Assembly (NCBI GenBank): GCA_003971905.1
Contig: RSEE01000043.1
Location: 310,001-374,000 of the forward strand
Source of the DNA: Moniliella sp. 'wahieum'
Taxonomy: Eukaryota
Direction: 5' to 3'
DNA: 64,000 nt
Shown: positions 12,962-29,811 of the stretch, one piece after another
Layout of the letters: each line of letters begins with the position of its first letter
Position numbering within the stretch: position 1 is the stretch's first letter
Program-made: the position numbers and the translations under genes
The notes under the pieces: generated by a model
Databases searched by the model: none
Told to the model about the DNA's origin: nothing
What the model saw: the letters and a program-made list of their open reading frames with translations, nothing else

Positions 12962-13680
12962 CCACTCCCAGTCAAGCCAAGGCCCGTCCCTTCCCCTCCC
13001 AACCCTTGCGTCTTGCGCGTGCTATGCCCTACCGCACTACTCCACTTTATGCTCAGGGGCGTTCTTTGTCGATGCCCAGCAGATGCTGGCAAAGAATGGT
13101 ATTGATGGGCTTGTTTCCCTTCCCCCTCCCCTTGTCATCCCCATCCCCTTCCCCCTTCCCCCTCTAGCCCGCTAGGAGGAACTGTTTGAACCTATGTCGC
13201 ACTCCGCACCTGACTGACCACAACGGCGCTTGTGATCACCTGATCGGTCGACTAGGCAGAGTGCCTGAGAAGCTTTAGTTTGTTGTGCTAGGTTGCTGTG
13301 CTTGGGATTCGAGGGCAGAGGTGGGCCAGCTGAGGGGGGCGATGGCATGGTGCCTGCCGTCAGACAGGATGGAGCGTAGGGGGATCGTCATGGGTGATGG
13401 GCGCTGTGATGTGGGGTGCCCCGGGCGGAATGGCGGGCGGAAGGGCATTTTTGCCTGGGAGGTGGCGAAACAGAGGCGGGAGACTGGCGCTGTGCGGCGT
13501 TGGTTCTTCCCGGTGCGTTGCTGGGCGAGCAGACCAGGACCAGCGTGTCCACAAGCCAGCACACGCCGCACCCACGCCAGCCAGCCCCAGCCGTCCGCCC
13601 GCGCCGGCTGCTCCTAGATCCTACTCCTGCTCCTGCTCCTGCCACCACCTCCCCCTTGCCTGCCGCCGCCGCTCCCGACC

Positions 13681-15131
13681 ATGTCCACCACCAACCCCAG
13701 CGGGCAGGATGCTGACAGCAACATCCAGGTACGTGTTATCCCCTCCCTCCGGCCCCCGCCGTGCTCGTCTCCTTGCTCTGCCCCGCGTTCGCCCACTGAG
13801 ACCTGTCCCTGGTGCCTTGCGTGTGGTGGCTCCGTTCCGCCCCCCACCTAGATTTGGAAGATCAAGAAACTGATTAAGAGTCTGGACAATGCGCGTGGTG
13901 CTGGCACGTCGATGATCAGTCTTATTTTCCCCCCAAGTCGCAGATCAGCCAGGCGACCAACATGCTCACTGGCGAGTACGGCACCGCGTCGAACATCAAG
14001 TCGTGTGTGAACCGTTTGTCGGTGCTGAGTGCGATCACGTCTACGCAGCAGCGTCTCAAGCTGTACAGCAAGGTCCCGCCCAACGGTCTCGTCGTCTACT
14101 GCGGCACGATCTTGACTGACGAAGGTAAAGAGAAGAGGGTCAACTTTAGCTTTGAGCCATTCAAACCGATTAACACGTCGCTGTACCTGTGCGACAACAA
14201 GTTCCATACCGAAGCGTTGTCGGAACTGCTCGAGTCGGACGCGGTATTTGGGTTTATTATTATGGATGGTAACGGGACGCTGTATGGGACCGTGTCAGGG
14301 AACACGCGTACGGTGCTGCACAAGTTCTCGGTCGACCTTCCCAAGAAGCATGGGCGTGGTGGTCAATCTGCCGTGCGTTTCTCTCGTCTGCGTGAAGAGG
14401 CGCGTCACAACTACGTTCGTAAGGTTGCCGAGTTGGCCACGCAACATTTTATCACTGATAACAAGTGCAATGTAGCTGGCCTTGTCTTGGCTGGTTCGGC
14501 CGACTTTAAGACGGTCTTGGCGCAGTCCGACCTGTTTGACCCCCGTTTGAGCGCCAAGTTGATCCGCACAGTGGATGTTTCCTACGGTGGGGAGAACGGA
14601 TTCAACCAAGCGATTGAGGAAGCTTCCGAGTCGCTGCAGAACGTCAAGTTTATCCAGGAGAAAAAGTTGATCCAAAAGTACTTTGACGAGATTAGTCTCG
14701 AGACGGGCAAGTACTGCTTTGGGATTGACGATACGTTCAAGGCGCTCGAGTTGGGCGCGGTGGAGACCCTGATTGTATGGGAGAACCTAGAGATCACGCG
14801 GTACGAGTTGAAGGATTCAGAAGGGCATACGGTTGTGCTCATGCTCAACAAGGAGCAGGAGAAGGACCGGTCGCGCTTTATTGATCCGCTGACCGGGGCG
14901 GATTTGGAACAAGTGGAAGAACCTATGCCGTTACTTGAATGGCTTGCTGAGCACTACAAGGACTTTGGTACCAACCTCGAATTTGTTACTGACCGTTCGA
15001 CCGAGGGCAACCAATTTGTTCGTGGCTTTGGTGGCATTGGCGGTCTGCTGCGGTACAAGGTAGCCTTTGAGGATTTGGCCATGTACGAGGACGAAGACGA
15101 CGAGTTCATGACTGACGACTCGGACGAGTAA
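13681..15131 (+). CDS. SUP45: Eukaryotic peptide chain release factor 1 (eRF1); intron about 13728..13851; one frameshift near 13930
   Basis: Motifs are [45 protein letters not shown] and [11 protein letters not shown], with an acidic C-terminal tail. Confidence 0.97.
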
Positions 15132-15860
15132 CTCGAACGTGCGTCCTGGGATCCGACCCAAGGGCGCACCACGATGGGCACAACCGAGCCGCCCCGCTTT
15201 CCCGCCGCCGCCCACGTTGGTCCGCCATCCTACTTGTCCGCCCGGATCTAAGAAACTGAACGCCCCCACCCTTCCTCTTCCTCTCCTTTCCCTCTCGTGT
15301 CCCCCCCCCCCCCCCCCCGCCCCCTCTCGTCTCTTTGGCGTTGTTCGGTTCTGGTCGTCCTAGGCGGACACGGGAGAAGAACAAGGCGCTCTCCCGCCGT
15401 CTGCAGGTCTGTCTTGTTCCTCTTTCGGTGACCCTGTGCGGCTAGATGGCATACCCCCGATGAAGCGTTCCTCCCATCCCCCCATGCATATCATGCTCAT
15501 GTGTGTGCCAGCTTGATACTATGGCGGGACGTGAGAGGTGGCATTGCTGTGGGTAGAAAAAATGCTAGTCGAATGCGGTGGGCGAAGAAGATACATTTCT
15601 ATTGTCCTTGTTCTCCCCAGTCTAGCCGCCGTAGTGAGCTCTCGGATGGCCATGATCGCGTGATGGCCGCTGGTCCCAGGAGAAGGTTGATCATGACATA
15701 CGTAGCGATGTAAAAATCTACGAAGTGAGTTGAGATGAAGACTGAAGGAGGACTACACCTACTACCACACAAGACATGGGAAGGAACAACGAAGTATACC
15801 AGTGCACCATATACGGTTGACGCGTGGCCCGGAGTTGCGAGTAGGATACTACGCAGGACC

Positions 15861-15891
15861 CAGTACTCAGTACTCACTAGTCACTAGTCAC
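15861..15891. repeat. Mixed heptamer array (AGTACT-C)2(ACTAGT-C)2
   Basis: Reads cagtactcagtactcactagtcactagtcac, downstream of ARC1. Confidence 0.85.
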
Positions 15892-15971
15892 GTACCAGAG
15901 TCCCCAGTCCCCAGTCCCAGTGACCGGTCACCAGGCACTAGCCACCCCCGATACCGACTGTAGGGTAGCGG

Positions 15972-17262
15972 TTAAGACAAGGTAGCGCCGGCAAAGGTGG
16001 CCGTGTACACCGGGCCCTTGTCACTCTGGATGATGCGGACCTTAGGCTGAGCGGTAGCCGGGTCTTCGTCCGGGCCGACGCCTTTCCAAGCACACAGTTT
16101 CTCGTCGGTGGTAAGGTAGTGAGGCTGGATAGCTTCGAAGATTTTCTTCTTGGGGTTAAGCTGAGCTTCCGGTTCGAGGCCCTTGTAACCGTCGACGTAG
16201 ATGCGGTCACCAGGGACCGAACCAGCGGGGGGGAAGACCGGTTCCACACCACCGTCATGACCCTCTTTCGATGTGGCACAGAGCAACATACCGTAACTCT
16301 TGATCCCACGCATGGCCACGGGCTTGAGGTTGCACACGCCCACCACCATCCGATCTTTCATCGCTTCGATCGGAACGTACTTGACCAGACCGCTCAGCAC
16401 GGTGCGCGGTTCCTCCTCCCCAAAGTCCACCTTCTCAAGGTAAAGCGCGTCGGCGTCCGGGTGGCGCTGAATGTCCACAATCTTGCCCACACGAAGGTCG
16501 ACAAAGGAAGGCAGAGGACGGGTGGGCGCAGCGGGTGCCTTGGGCTGCTTGGGCGCCTTCTCCTTCTTCTCTTTCTTTTTACCCTCGACCGGAGCCGCAG
16601 CAGCCGCGCCCGCAGCAGCAGCACCAGCAGCCGCAGCAGCAGGGCAGCCGGCGTCTCTCCCTTGGGAGCCTTCTCCTTCTTCTCCTTCTTACCCTGTGCA
16701 GGGGCGGTAGCAGCCGCCTTGGCCTCCTTGGCCTTGGCCTTTTCAGCCTTCTCCTTAGCTGGGTCGGCACGCTGGATCTTAGGGAAGCCAGCGTAGGTAG
16801 GCGTGAAAGCGGGGAAGGAAGCGCCGGCCTTGGTTGCGGCAGCCTGGACCGAGGGAAGGGAAGCAAGGTGAGCCGTGTAGCGCGTCAGGGACGGGAAGGC
16901 ATGTTGGACCGAGGCAGGGGCGGAGGCAAGGAGCGGGTAGAGCACAGTGAAGAGTGCCAGATCAGCCGCCGAGGGTTCGGTCGAGGCGGGCAGAACGTAG
17001 ACCACAGCCTCGATGTCCTTCTCGAGGGGAGCGAGGCGGGCGGTGAGTGCAGCCAGGTCCGCCGCCGCGGGAGGAGCGGCAACGAGAGCGTCGACAGTGC
17101 TCAACACCTTGTTGGCCACCGGCACGCTCTTCTTGTCGCCCACCACGGCCGTTGCGTCGGGCACAGCCGCGGCGAGGTTCTGGGCAAACTCGGGGAGCGA
17201 GCTGCCAGGGGCAGGGGCGAGGAGGGAGCGAAGTAGGCGGTGAGGAGGGCGCGCACAGACAT
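15972..17262 (-). CDS. ARC1: Arc1/G4p1-like aminoacyl-tRNA synthetase cofactor (GST-C-like N-domain, K/A-rich linker, EMAP-II-like tRNA-binding domain)
   Basis: Motifs are [61 protein letters not shown] and [13 protein letters not shown]. The N-part contains [11 protein letters not shown]...LTRY. Confidence 0.88.
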
Positions 17263-17960
17263 GGCAGGACGCGGACTTGTACTGCAGGGGGGGGATGGGA
17301 GGGTTCGGGCAGGAAAGAAGGCTGGGAAGCCCAAGTGGGCGGATGTGCCGCGTCGAAATTTGGGAATTTGTCGGTCGGCTGGCGCAGCCTGGGTTACGTC
17401 ATCATTCGGTGCTCCCAGCCCGCGTCATGCATCATGCACCATGCCACCGGTGACACGCCCCGTTCGTTGGTTCTCCTTCCTTCTCGTTCCGTCGGGCCTT
17501 GTTCCTTCGGGCGACGCAGCCACCACGCAGCACGCTTCCACCCCGACGCCCCCAGCGCCTCAGCGGACACACCACCCAGCCTTGCCCCCGCGGTCTGTGC
17601 CCACCGCGCCGCATCGCGCACGCTCTGGCCCTGATAACTCGCCTCTCCAATCGCATGTGGCACTGCCTCTCGAATCAAATGTCTAGTCTGCCGAGTATGC
17701 ATCTTGCACTACGAACACATGGGTTGGCCCATATAACAATAGCAGCTAGCTCTGGTCTCCCTACGAGGTCTACAAACAAGGGAGCAAAGGCAGGGCAGAG
17801 TCGGTGGGATGCATCTTGAAGTGTGCGAGGGTGACAGGGGACCCAAATGGTCAAGGGCATTTGGCTGGGTGCAGGACGACGAGAGGGGAGAGAGCGGAAA
17901 GAAGGAGAAAACGGGACGGCAAGGGAAAAGAACGAGTAAGGTTACTAGTTACGTTACTAG

Positions 17961-20129
<2,169 letters not shown>

Positions 20130-21482
20130 GGTGAGGAGAGGGTGAGACGGAGGGGGGGGAGAGAACGAGGGACAAAGACGGGAGGGACCACGACGGGGAG
20201 GGGAGGGGAGGGGCCGGCTAGGAAAGGGGGCGGGTGGGCGGTGGGATGGAGAAGATGGTGGTGGCGGGGGTAGAAGAGCGGGGACGTGGCTGCTGCCCAG
20301 CGCCTCCGCCGGCCCGCCGTTTGATCCGACCGTTTCCGGCCCCACCCAGCGATCGCCACCGCATGCGCTGCGTCCGACACGGGCGCCGTGCGGGCGCTGG
20401 GCGTGCAGCAGGGATGCTGTCGTGGACACTGCAGAATGCGAGGGGCAGGCTGAGAACTGGCCCGCCGCCTGGGCCTGCGCCACCCTGTGACTGTACACTG
20501 CCTCTGCGCCCCCGCGGGGAGCACCGGCCTGGCACCGGCGGCAGGCGCCGCCCCCGCCCGCACTAGCTCGCTCTGGCCGCGCCGATCGGCGCTGGGCGGC
20601 CGCACGGGGGAGAAGGGCGGCTTACACTGCTGGGGTGCGGGCGGCAGCGCCCAGCCAACGCAGCTGTGCGCCCGGCCGATCGCCCCCGTGCAGCCAGCGG
20701 CGGGGCAGGGGGGCAGTGCGATGTCACGCACTGGCACAATGGCACGCGGCCGCGCGCGCGAACGACACGCGGCCCGAGGCAGTGCCAGAGCCTGGTGCCA
20801 GGCTGGAGGGGCGCGTGCCTGCTAGTGCCCCAGCACCGAGTACTGAGTAGGCACCGCCGCGTATGGCCGCCGCCCTGCCTTGTTCGGCAAGCGGGTGGGC
20901 ACTGTCGCACACGCGGTCCAACTCGCCAGCAACTCTCAGGACTCAGTAACTCAGGACAGTAACTAGTAACTCAGGACACAGCAACTCAGTACAGCAACTC
21001 AGACTCCGTTACTCAGTACGCGCCACTCGACCGAGTCTTCTCCTCGGGCGCCTCCGCCACCGGACTGGCCAATTATATGGTTCGATGGCGTGCGTGCTAT
21101 CGCCTGCCACCGCCTGTCCACAGTAAAGCACTTGGCCAACTGCGCCCTCGCCGTCCGATCCTGCTCCAGCACACCACCAACCACCAACCACCAACCTCCA
21201 TCAACAATCCTTCGCCCTTTCCCCCGTGCCTCACATGTCACACCTCACATGCTCAGAGACGCCTCAGCCTCAGCCTGAAGCCTCGGCATCTTACGTCGCT
21301 GCATGTTGCCCGCCCAACGCAGCATCGCACAGTCCTCCGGTGGCGGTCTGTGTGACACTGTGACAGCAGGCATGTGACATGCTGATCGGCTGAGCGCCAC
21401 TTCTCTCAAGATACGAGGTGCACAAGGGTGCGTGCGCATCGGTGGAGGAAACTAGCGCCGTCCCTGGTTTTGACCTTCGACC

Positions 21483-21510
21483 AGTCACTAGTGACTAGTG
21501 ACTAGTGACT
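21483..21510. repeat. Heptamer array (ACTAGT-G)n containing the perfect palindrome AGTCACTAGTGACT
   Basis: Reads agtcactagtgactagtgactagtgact. Confidence 0.9.
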
Positions 21511-22238
21511 TGGGATCCCCCCAAAGTCTCCACAGCCCTGCAATGTAAACTAACTATACTGATGCAATGTAATGGCAGGTGTCATGCATTAGTACTAAGT
21601 ACTAGGCAGGGTATATGGTAGTCTGCCCGCTGCCCGACCCATCTGCTCTCCCGTTTCGCCGATCCATCCGCCGCTCACCGAGTAGGCTGCCATGACATGT
21701 GACGTGTGACAGCCGTGCATGACCCCATTCGTTCGGACACCGTGCAACTCGTTGAGGATGGCGCATCTCTTCCCTCCAAGACGCTAAAGGGTCTCGGGGA
21801 CCACTCTCTTCCCATGTGAATGATGGTCTCCCCTGCCACACCTGCTTCCCCTGCCTCCTCTGTCTTGCGTCAGATGTATCGTGGGATAAGATCGACTCTA
21901 GCTTGTGGCCGACACGCATGGTCCGACCCGCGACTCACGATTTGCGCTTATACATTACGGCTCTTAGCAGTGGCGCCTCAGATCCCTCACAGCGAGGTGG
22001 TTCCGACCGCCGACGCCTATGGCGTGGTGAGCGAGACCCTATTCAGGCACGGTCGGCATCAAGTTGACGTCTGCCGTAGTGTACGGTGCGACGGTCACCT
22101 TGGTATTCCTTCCTTCGTATTACATGCGAAAATGGAGTTGTCTGATTGGCTCATGACGCAGAAAAGCATTGGATATTGGGTAGTGGATTGATCGATGTTC
22201 ATGCATCATGGACTGACTGGACCCGGGGGTGCGGACAA

Positions 22239-23488
22239 TTACTGTTTCCGCTGGATGGGCGCCGGGGGGTCCACAAGCGCGAGTTGGGCATTAGATTTGG
22301 CTAGGAAGTTTTCGTTGGCATTGGTGCCAATCACGTTGAGTGGGAAACCAATGTCAAAGGGGACGACACTTTCGAGGTAAGTGATTTGCTGCGTGGTGAG
22401 CTGAATCGACAGCGCCTGGATATTTTGCTTGAGGTGCTCAATCTTGCGCCCACCGACGATAGGGTAGACCCAAGGGTACTTGCTCATCACATAAGCTATC
22501 GCCACTGCCGTGACCGACTCGGCGCCTACTTCTTGAGCGACTTTGTCGAGCGCAGCAGAGATTTTGATTTCGTTTTCAGTTTGCTCGGACCCGCCGCGCA
22601 AATTGCCCCCCTCGCTCTTGAGCGCTTCGATTTGCTTGGCCGATTTGAACTTCCCCCCGCCCATCACGTCCCACGGACACAGCGCCATGCCAAACGTACG
22701 TGCCATCGGGAGAATGTCCCGCTCAAAGTCGCGTACCATCACGTTCCACCGGCCTTGGTACACACTAAATGGCGTTTTGCCGTGGGCGGCGGCGTACGTG
22801 TTGGCCGCCGCAACGACCCAGGCCGGCGTGTCCGACACGCCAAGGTACAACACCTTACCCTGTTTGACGAGAATGTCAAGACTGTCCATCACCTCCTTGA
22901 TGCTTGTGGTGTGGTCCCACCAGTGGAGGTACCTGCATGATGCAGGTGCGAGACAGAGTTATTAGTTCTTCTGTCGAAAATGATTCGCGAAAACAGGAGG
23001 GATAGAAACGGGGGTGGGAGGGGGAACAAGACGTACAGAATGTCAATGTAATCCGTCTGGAGCTTGCGCAGTGACTCGCGCGCACTGACGTGCAAAGACT
23101 TGGCACTGTTACCCAAAGCATTGGGCACGTTACCTTTTCCCTCGGCGTAAGAGCGGTAGTCAGTGGTGTACTTGGTTGCCAATACAATCCGATCGCGGTT
23201 CTTGCGTGCAGCCATCCAGTTGCCCAAGATGGTCTCTGACTGTTCGCATTGGTAGTTGTTGGCTGTATCAATGGCGTTGCCACCGGCCTCAACAAACGCA
23301 TCGAGCAACGCAAACGAATCTTGTTCGTTCAGCGCACCCATAAACCCGGCCAGGGCCGTCCCCATCGACATGGCGCCGAGGAAGAGCGGCGAGACGCGCA
23401 CGCTGGCTTGGGGGGCGAGGATGCGGTACCGTCCCAACTCGGTTGCGGGCTCAGGAGCGGGGCCAAAGAGCTTAAGGAACTCGGACAT
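22239..23488 (-). CDS. Aryl-alcohol dehydrogenase / norsolorinic-acid-reductase-like aldo-keto reductase (AAD family); intron 22933..23036
   Basis: Motifs are VRVSPLFLGAM, GGNAIDTANNYQ, VLATKYT, LQTDYIDIL|YLHWWD, GKVLYLGVSDTPAWVV and YQGRWNVMVRDFERDILPMAR. Confidence 0.92.
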
Positions 23489-24183
23489 GAGAAAGGGTAG
23501 GCCGGTAGGCTGATAGACTGATAGGCGGACAGACGATGGGTAAGGAAGAGAGAAGAAAACGGCGGTACGTCTCTGAATGGACAACGAAGAGTCGGATTAA
23601 TAAGGAGAGTGTGGGGCCATCGATCTGTCGATAATTCACGGGGGCGGGCTGAGACGCTAAGTGCTGACGCGCACTGACGCTGATGCCGCGGCAGCCCACG
23701 GACGATATAATACGCCAATTGCTAATGACCCCTTTTCTCCACCCGCGGTTCGGCATTTGGGACCCCGATTGGGACAAATACCGAGATGGTAAACCAGCAC
23801 TACCCCACCGTGCGAAAAGGTCCAAGAATCCATCATGCGCACGGCGTGGGAGGAGGGCCGTTCGCATATACCGGCTGTACTTTGCGTCTCAGAGGCTGGC
23901 TATCGGGAATAACCCAGAGAATTCAGAACGGCCGTTGACTTGACAACCCACGGTTGACAAAACCCACCGCAGGAGATAATGATTGTTTGAGCCCCGCCAG
24001 AATAACTTCCATTGAGTACTGACTGCCGACCTAATCATTGTGGGCTCAGCGGCGCACGCTATGAGCAGGACCAAACCTGACACCCACATGCACGCTCCAG
24101 AGTGCGGTGCGAGCACGAGCAAGTGTGACAAGTGACAAGAAAACGTCGATACTACAATTATAGGCAGCCACACGCAACACACC

Positions 24184-24198
24184 AAAAAAAATAAAAAA
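24184..24198 (-). terminator. RNA polymerase III oligo-T terminator of the tRNA gene
   Basis: T6-A-T8 on the minus strand, 2 nt after the discriminator base. Confidence 0.75.
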
Positions 24199-24200
24199 GG

Positions 24201-24300
24201 TGCGGCCGCCGGGAATCGAACCCGAACCTTCAGCTGCCCCCAGCCGACGCAATGCGAACCAACTTGGAAGGCTAAAATTCTACCTTTAAACTACAGCCGC
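24201..24300 (-). tRNA. tRNA-Gly, anticodon TCC (24268..24266), with a 29-nt intron at the canonical 37/38 position (24264..24236)
   Basis: The reverse complement folds as a cloverleaf. The acceptor stem is GCGGCTG/CGGCCGC with discriminator A, the anticodon stem is TTAGC/GCTGA, and the T-arm is TCGGG-TTCGATT-CCCGG. The spliced length is 71 nt, and T-runs follow as a Pol III terminator. Confidence 0.93.
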
Positions 24301-24557
24301 GATTGGGATCATCTCGGACTGTACAGATTTTCTACAGCTATGGAGATAGTGCGATACTGCACTTGCATAGTTTACTAGTGAACAGTGAACGCAGTGCCCG
24401 TGGATTAATTACTTCTTGACCCCGCCGCTAGAAAGGTTGGTCTCGGCTATAGCACTGACACGGGCTATTTGTAGACACGGATCGGAGGTACTACATACAA
24501 GAGGAAAGGACCTATATCGGCGGAAAGACGTCGTCCCAACTCACAATGCGAACCATA

Positions 24558-24638
24558 GCATACCATACCATACTATACCACACCATTCGATACCACCACC
24601 ACACCAGACCATACCAGACCATACCATACCATCATACC
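24558..24638. repeat. Degenerate pentanucleotide microsatellite (CATAC/CAGAC/CACAC)n
   Basis: Reads gcataccataccatactataccacaccattcgataccaccaccacaccagaccataccagaccataccatacc. Confidence 0.75.
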
Positions 24639-24734
24639 TGGCTCGATACTAAACCATGGACGGCGTCTTAGCATCGATCCCAAGGCCCAGGCAAGCGCAT
24701 CAGCCTGTCGGGCTTTCATCGACCATCGACCATC

Positions 24735-26952
24735 TCAGGCCAGGCTTTCTGCCTGCTGCCTCAACTCGCGCTTCAACAACTTGCCCGAGGAACTTTTAGG
24801 TAGCGCGTCGACCCATTCGATACCATGGATCTTTTTGTACCCAGCCATTTGACCATTGACTTGTTTCAGCAGTTCGGCCGTGCGCGAAGCCACGTCCAAC
24901 TTGCGTGCTTGCGCCGACGGCACGACATATGCCCAAGGTACTTCGTCCACTAGGGCCGCGAGGCCTTCCGGGGCGGGGGAACGCTTTCCACGTCCTGCGA
25001 GGACGGGGCAACAGGGTCGGATGGCGTATCCGCTTGCGAATGTGCTTGCTGTGCGCGTGTGCGGCGGAGTGCGGTAGAGCGTCGGACACCGATGACGGCC
25101 GCATCGGCGACCAAGGCCGATTCGAACAGATGATCTTCCAGTTCCTTGGGCGAGACTTGAAACCCATTCATCTTGATGACGTCTTTGACGCGGCTGGTGA
25201 GGCGTAGTTGACCACGGAACAAGGCCTCTTTAGCCCAATCGGACGAAGCGAGACTGGTACCAGGATCTATGCAACCGATATCGCCAGTTTTCAACCAAGC
25301 TCCAGGGAGTAAAGGGTCGCACGTGTCCTCTGCGACCCTTGCTCCTTCAAATGTGGCTAAGACCGCATCGCCTCCTAGGTACCCCAACATCATCTGAGGT
25401 CCACGGACGTACACTCGCCCTCTTGTCCGACCGGTACGTCCTTGCCCGTATCGAGATCCACGATCCGAGCGCCCGTTCCCGGTGCCAAGTTGCCCCCCCG
25501 CCCGCTTGGTTCGCTGCCACAGTCATATTCTGCAGTGCGACAATCGGGGTCATTTCCGACAACCCCCAGCCGTCCGTGACGATCGTGCCGATCCGACGGT
25601 TGACTTGGGCCTTGATTTGGTCCGGCAGCGGAGCGGCTCCGGAAGCGACATGTTTTAAGCTGGAGAGGTTGTACTGGTCCACCAAGGGATGCTGGGCCAG
25701 CGCAAGAAGGATCGGCGGCACAACATAGGCAAATGTAACGTTGTGGGTCTGCACAGTCTCCAGAAAAGATTCGAGATGGAAGCGAGCAAACACGATGCGC
25801 GGCGTGGCGGTGTAGAGGGCGACAAATTGGGTGACCAAACCATAGGCGTGGAAAGTGGGCAAGATGTCCAGATGGAAATGCCGGTTGGCAGGGTGAACAG
25901 GGACCCAGGCCGAAGGTAAGCCTGCTGAGCTTCCCTCGGGCAACGATTTCTGGTCCCAGGGCTTGAGCTGGGGCAGGTAGGTTTGGGCCAAGGGAGGGTA
26001 GAAGTCGTCGGCCATGAGCACGTAGAGCTGGAGCACGTTCGAGACCAGGTTGCGGTGCGAGATGCGCAACGCTTTGGGAAGTCCCGATGTGCCCGAGCTG
26101 CAACAAGAAAAAAAGAGTTGCGATGTCAGAGACGTGCGATCAGAGGAGAAAACGAAGAAGAAGAGGAGAAAAGGAGGGGGGGCGGGGGGGGGGGGTACTC
26201 ACCTAAAGCAGTACAATGCATCGTCCAATTGAGGGTCGATCGAGACCGAGTCCAAGATCTCGGTGCGCTTGCTCCAGGCCTCTTTGGACGGACGGAGCAA
26301 AAAGCGGGCATAGCTCCAGGGCGAGTCCTCATCAAAGACTAGGACCGGGGGTGGGGACGGCAGTGGGTCCAGACCGTGGAAGTTGAAGCCTTGCTCTTGA
26401 CCCGAGGCGAGCTTGGCTGCCTCGGTAGCGGTGTCAAAGGTGCCATTGGTGGCAACGATGAGCTGGGTGTTGGTGCGGAGCAGTTGGTGGGCAAACTCGG
26501 CAGCTTTGGCAGCTGGGTTGCACACCGCCGGCACGGCTCCGGCCAGCTGGAGACCAAGGACGACCGTAGTATAGTCATGTTGGTTGGGGCTGAAGAGGGC
26601 GACGACGGCCTTGCGGGGCCACGGGCGGGACAGGAGCGAGGCCAGGGCGGCACCGGCTGGGCCGTCGGGAAAGGACTGGGTGGGCGGAGCGAGGAGGGAG
26701 ACGGCGATGCGGGCAGAGAGGTCGCGGACGTCGTTGGCACTGAGGCCCGAGCGGGTGTCGGGCGCGGGCAGGCGGCTGGGGTCGTCGGGGAGGGGCTGGC
26801 TGGGCGCGGGGGCGGGTGGAGGGGGATGAGCAGGGGGTGGCGGCGTCGGTGCGGGCGGGCTGGGGAGCGGAGGCGGCGTCGCGGAGGAGGTGCGGGAGGG
26901 GGAGGCTGGGCACGACGAGGTCGCCGTAGGGGGAGAGGGCGGTGGAGGGCAT
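24735..26952 (-). CDS. 4-coumarate:CoA-ligase-like acyl-CoA synthetase (ANL/AMP-binding family); introns about 26098..26202 and about 25055..25111
   Basis: Motifs are YCF|SSGTSGLPKALRISHRNLVSN, LPTFHAYGL, ASGAAPL, GWGLSEMTP, RGPQMMLGY, WLKTGDIG, GFQVSPKELE and LPKSSSGKLLKRELR. Confidence 0.88.
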
Positions 26953-27292
26953 GGAGGCGTGGTGGGGGGGTAGAAGCGATCTGGGCCGCAGAGCGTCTCG
27001 GCGGGGCTCGGGGTTCGGCGGGAGAAGCAGTGGCAGCGCAGCCGACTCTGCGTGGGTGAGCGCAGGCGATCTTGAGTACTCTCAGTCCTGACTGGGTGAA
27101 TGTTGAATGGAGCGCTGCAGGGGGCCGGGCCAGTGCAGGCCCGTGCAGGCCAGTGCCCGCCTGCTGCGTCCGGCCAGCCGCGCCAGGCGGGAGCGGTTGG
27201 ATCGGCTGCATGCGTCCCGCTTCCACGCTGGCCGTGCGTGGCAACGTCACCCCACGTGACCAGCCCAGCTTGCACCGAGCAGCCCCCCCCTT

Positions 27293-29286
<1,994 letters not shown>

Positions 29287-29811
29287 TCACGGGAAGAAGC
29301 ACCGCGCAGCAGGCGGCGCAGCGCCAGTGTGGGGGCCCCCCACTCGGCCTGTGCGGGCGGCGGCGCCCGCAGCAGCACAGCAGCCAGCAGCAGCAGCGCG
29401 CCCAGTCGGCGCTGCCTTTACTAAGCCTGCGTTCGCCCACATGTATTACGTCAGCAGCCCAGCTACAGGCGCCGCAAGCGTTGATTAATGATTCCGCTGC
29501 CCGCTTGCGCTCCCAGGATAAATGACAGATCATCGATCACCAGTCACTGGTCACTCCCCCCCCAGCGTCCCTCCAGGTCCCTTCCTATCCCTTGCGATCC
29601 CTCGCCATGCCCCGCACCTGTTGTGTGGCTTGGCCGCTCTCACACCAGCACCCACGCGCTCGCTTCGTTGCCCCCAGGGAAACCTATCCAGCGACAGCCA
29701 AGGCAAAGGAGCATGATGGGTGCATAACAAAACTGCCATGGATTACGCCGGCATGATGGGGTTGATTAATGATTAAGCGGGTAGCTGCGGGATGCGACAA
29801 TACTTCAAGCT

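Noticed and set aside
13921..13945. Programmed frameshift autoregulation in eRF1, by analogy with bacterial RF2
   Set aside because: The shift is in a C6 run with no adjacent stop codon and no canonical slippery heptamer (Y must be A or U). It matches the deletion errors seen in the neighbouring genes.
13962..15131. Alternative genetic code (CUG or stop reassignment)
   Set aside because: CTG occupies conserved Leu positions (YLCDNKF, RLKLY), and all three stop codons terminate genes normally.
22239..26952. Aromatic-catabolism or secondary-metabolite cluster (AAD + 4CL-like)
   Set aside because: There are only two genes, separated by a tRNA and flanked by housekeeping genes, with no backbone enzyme, transporter or regulator.
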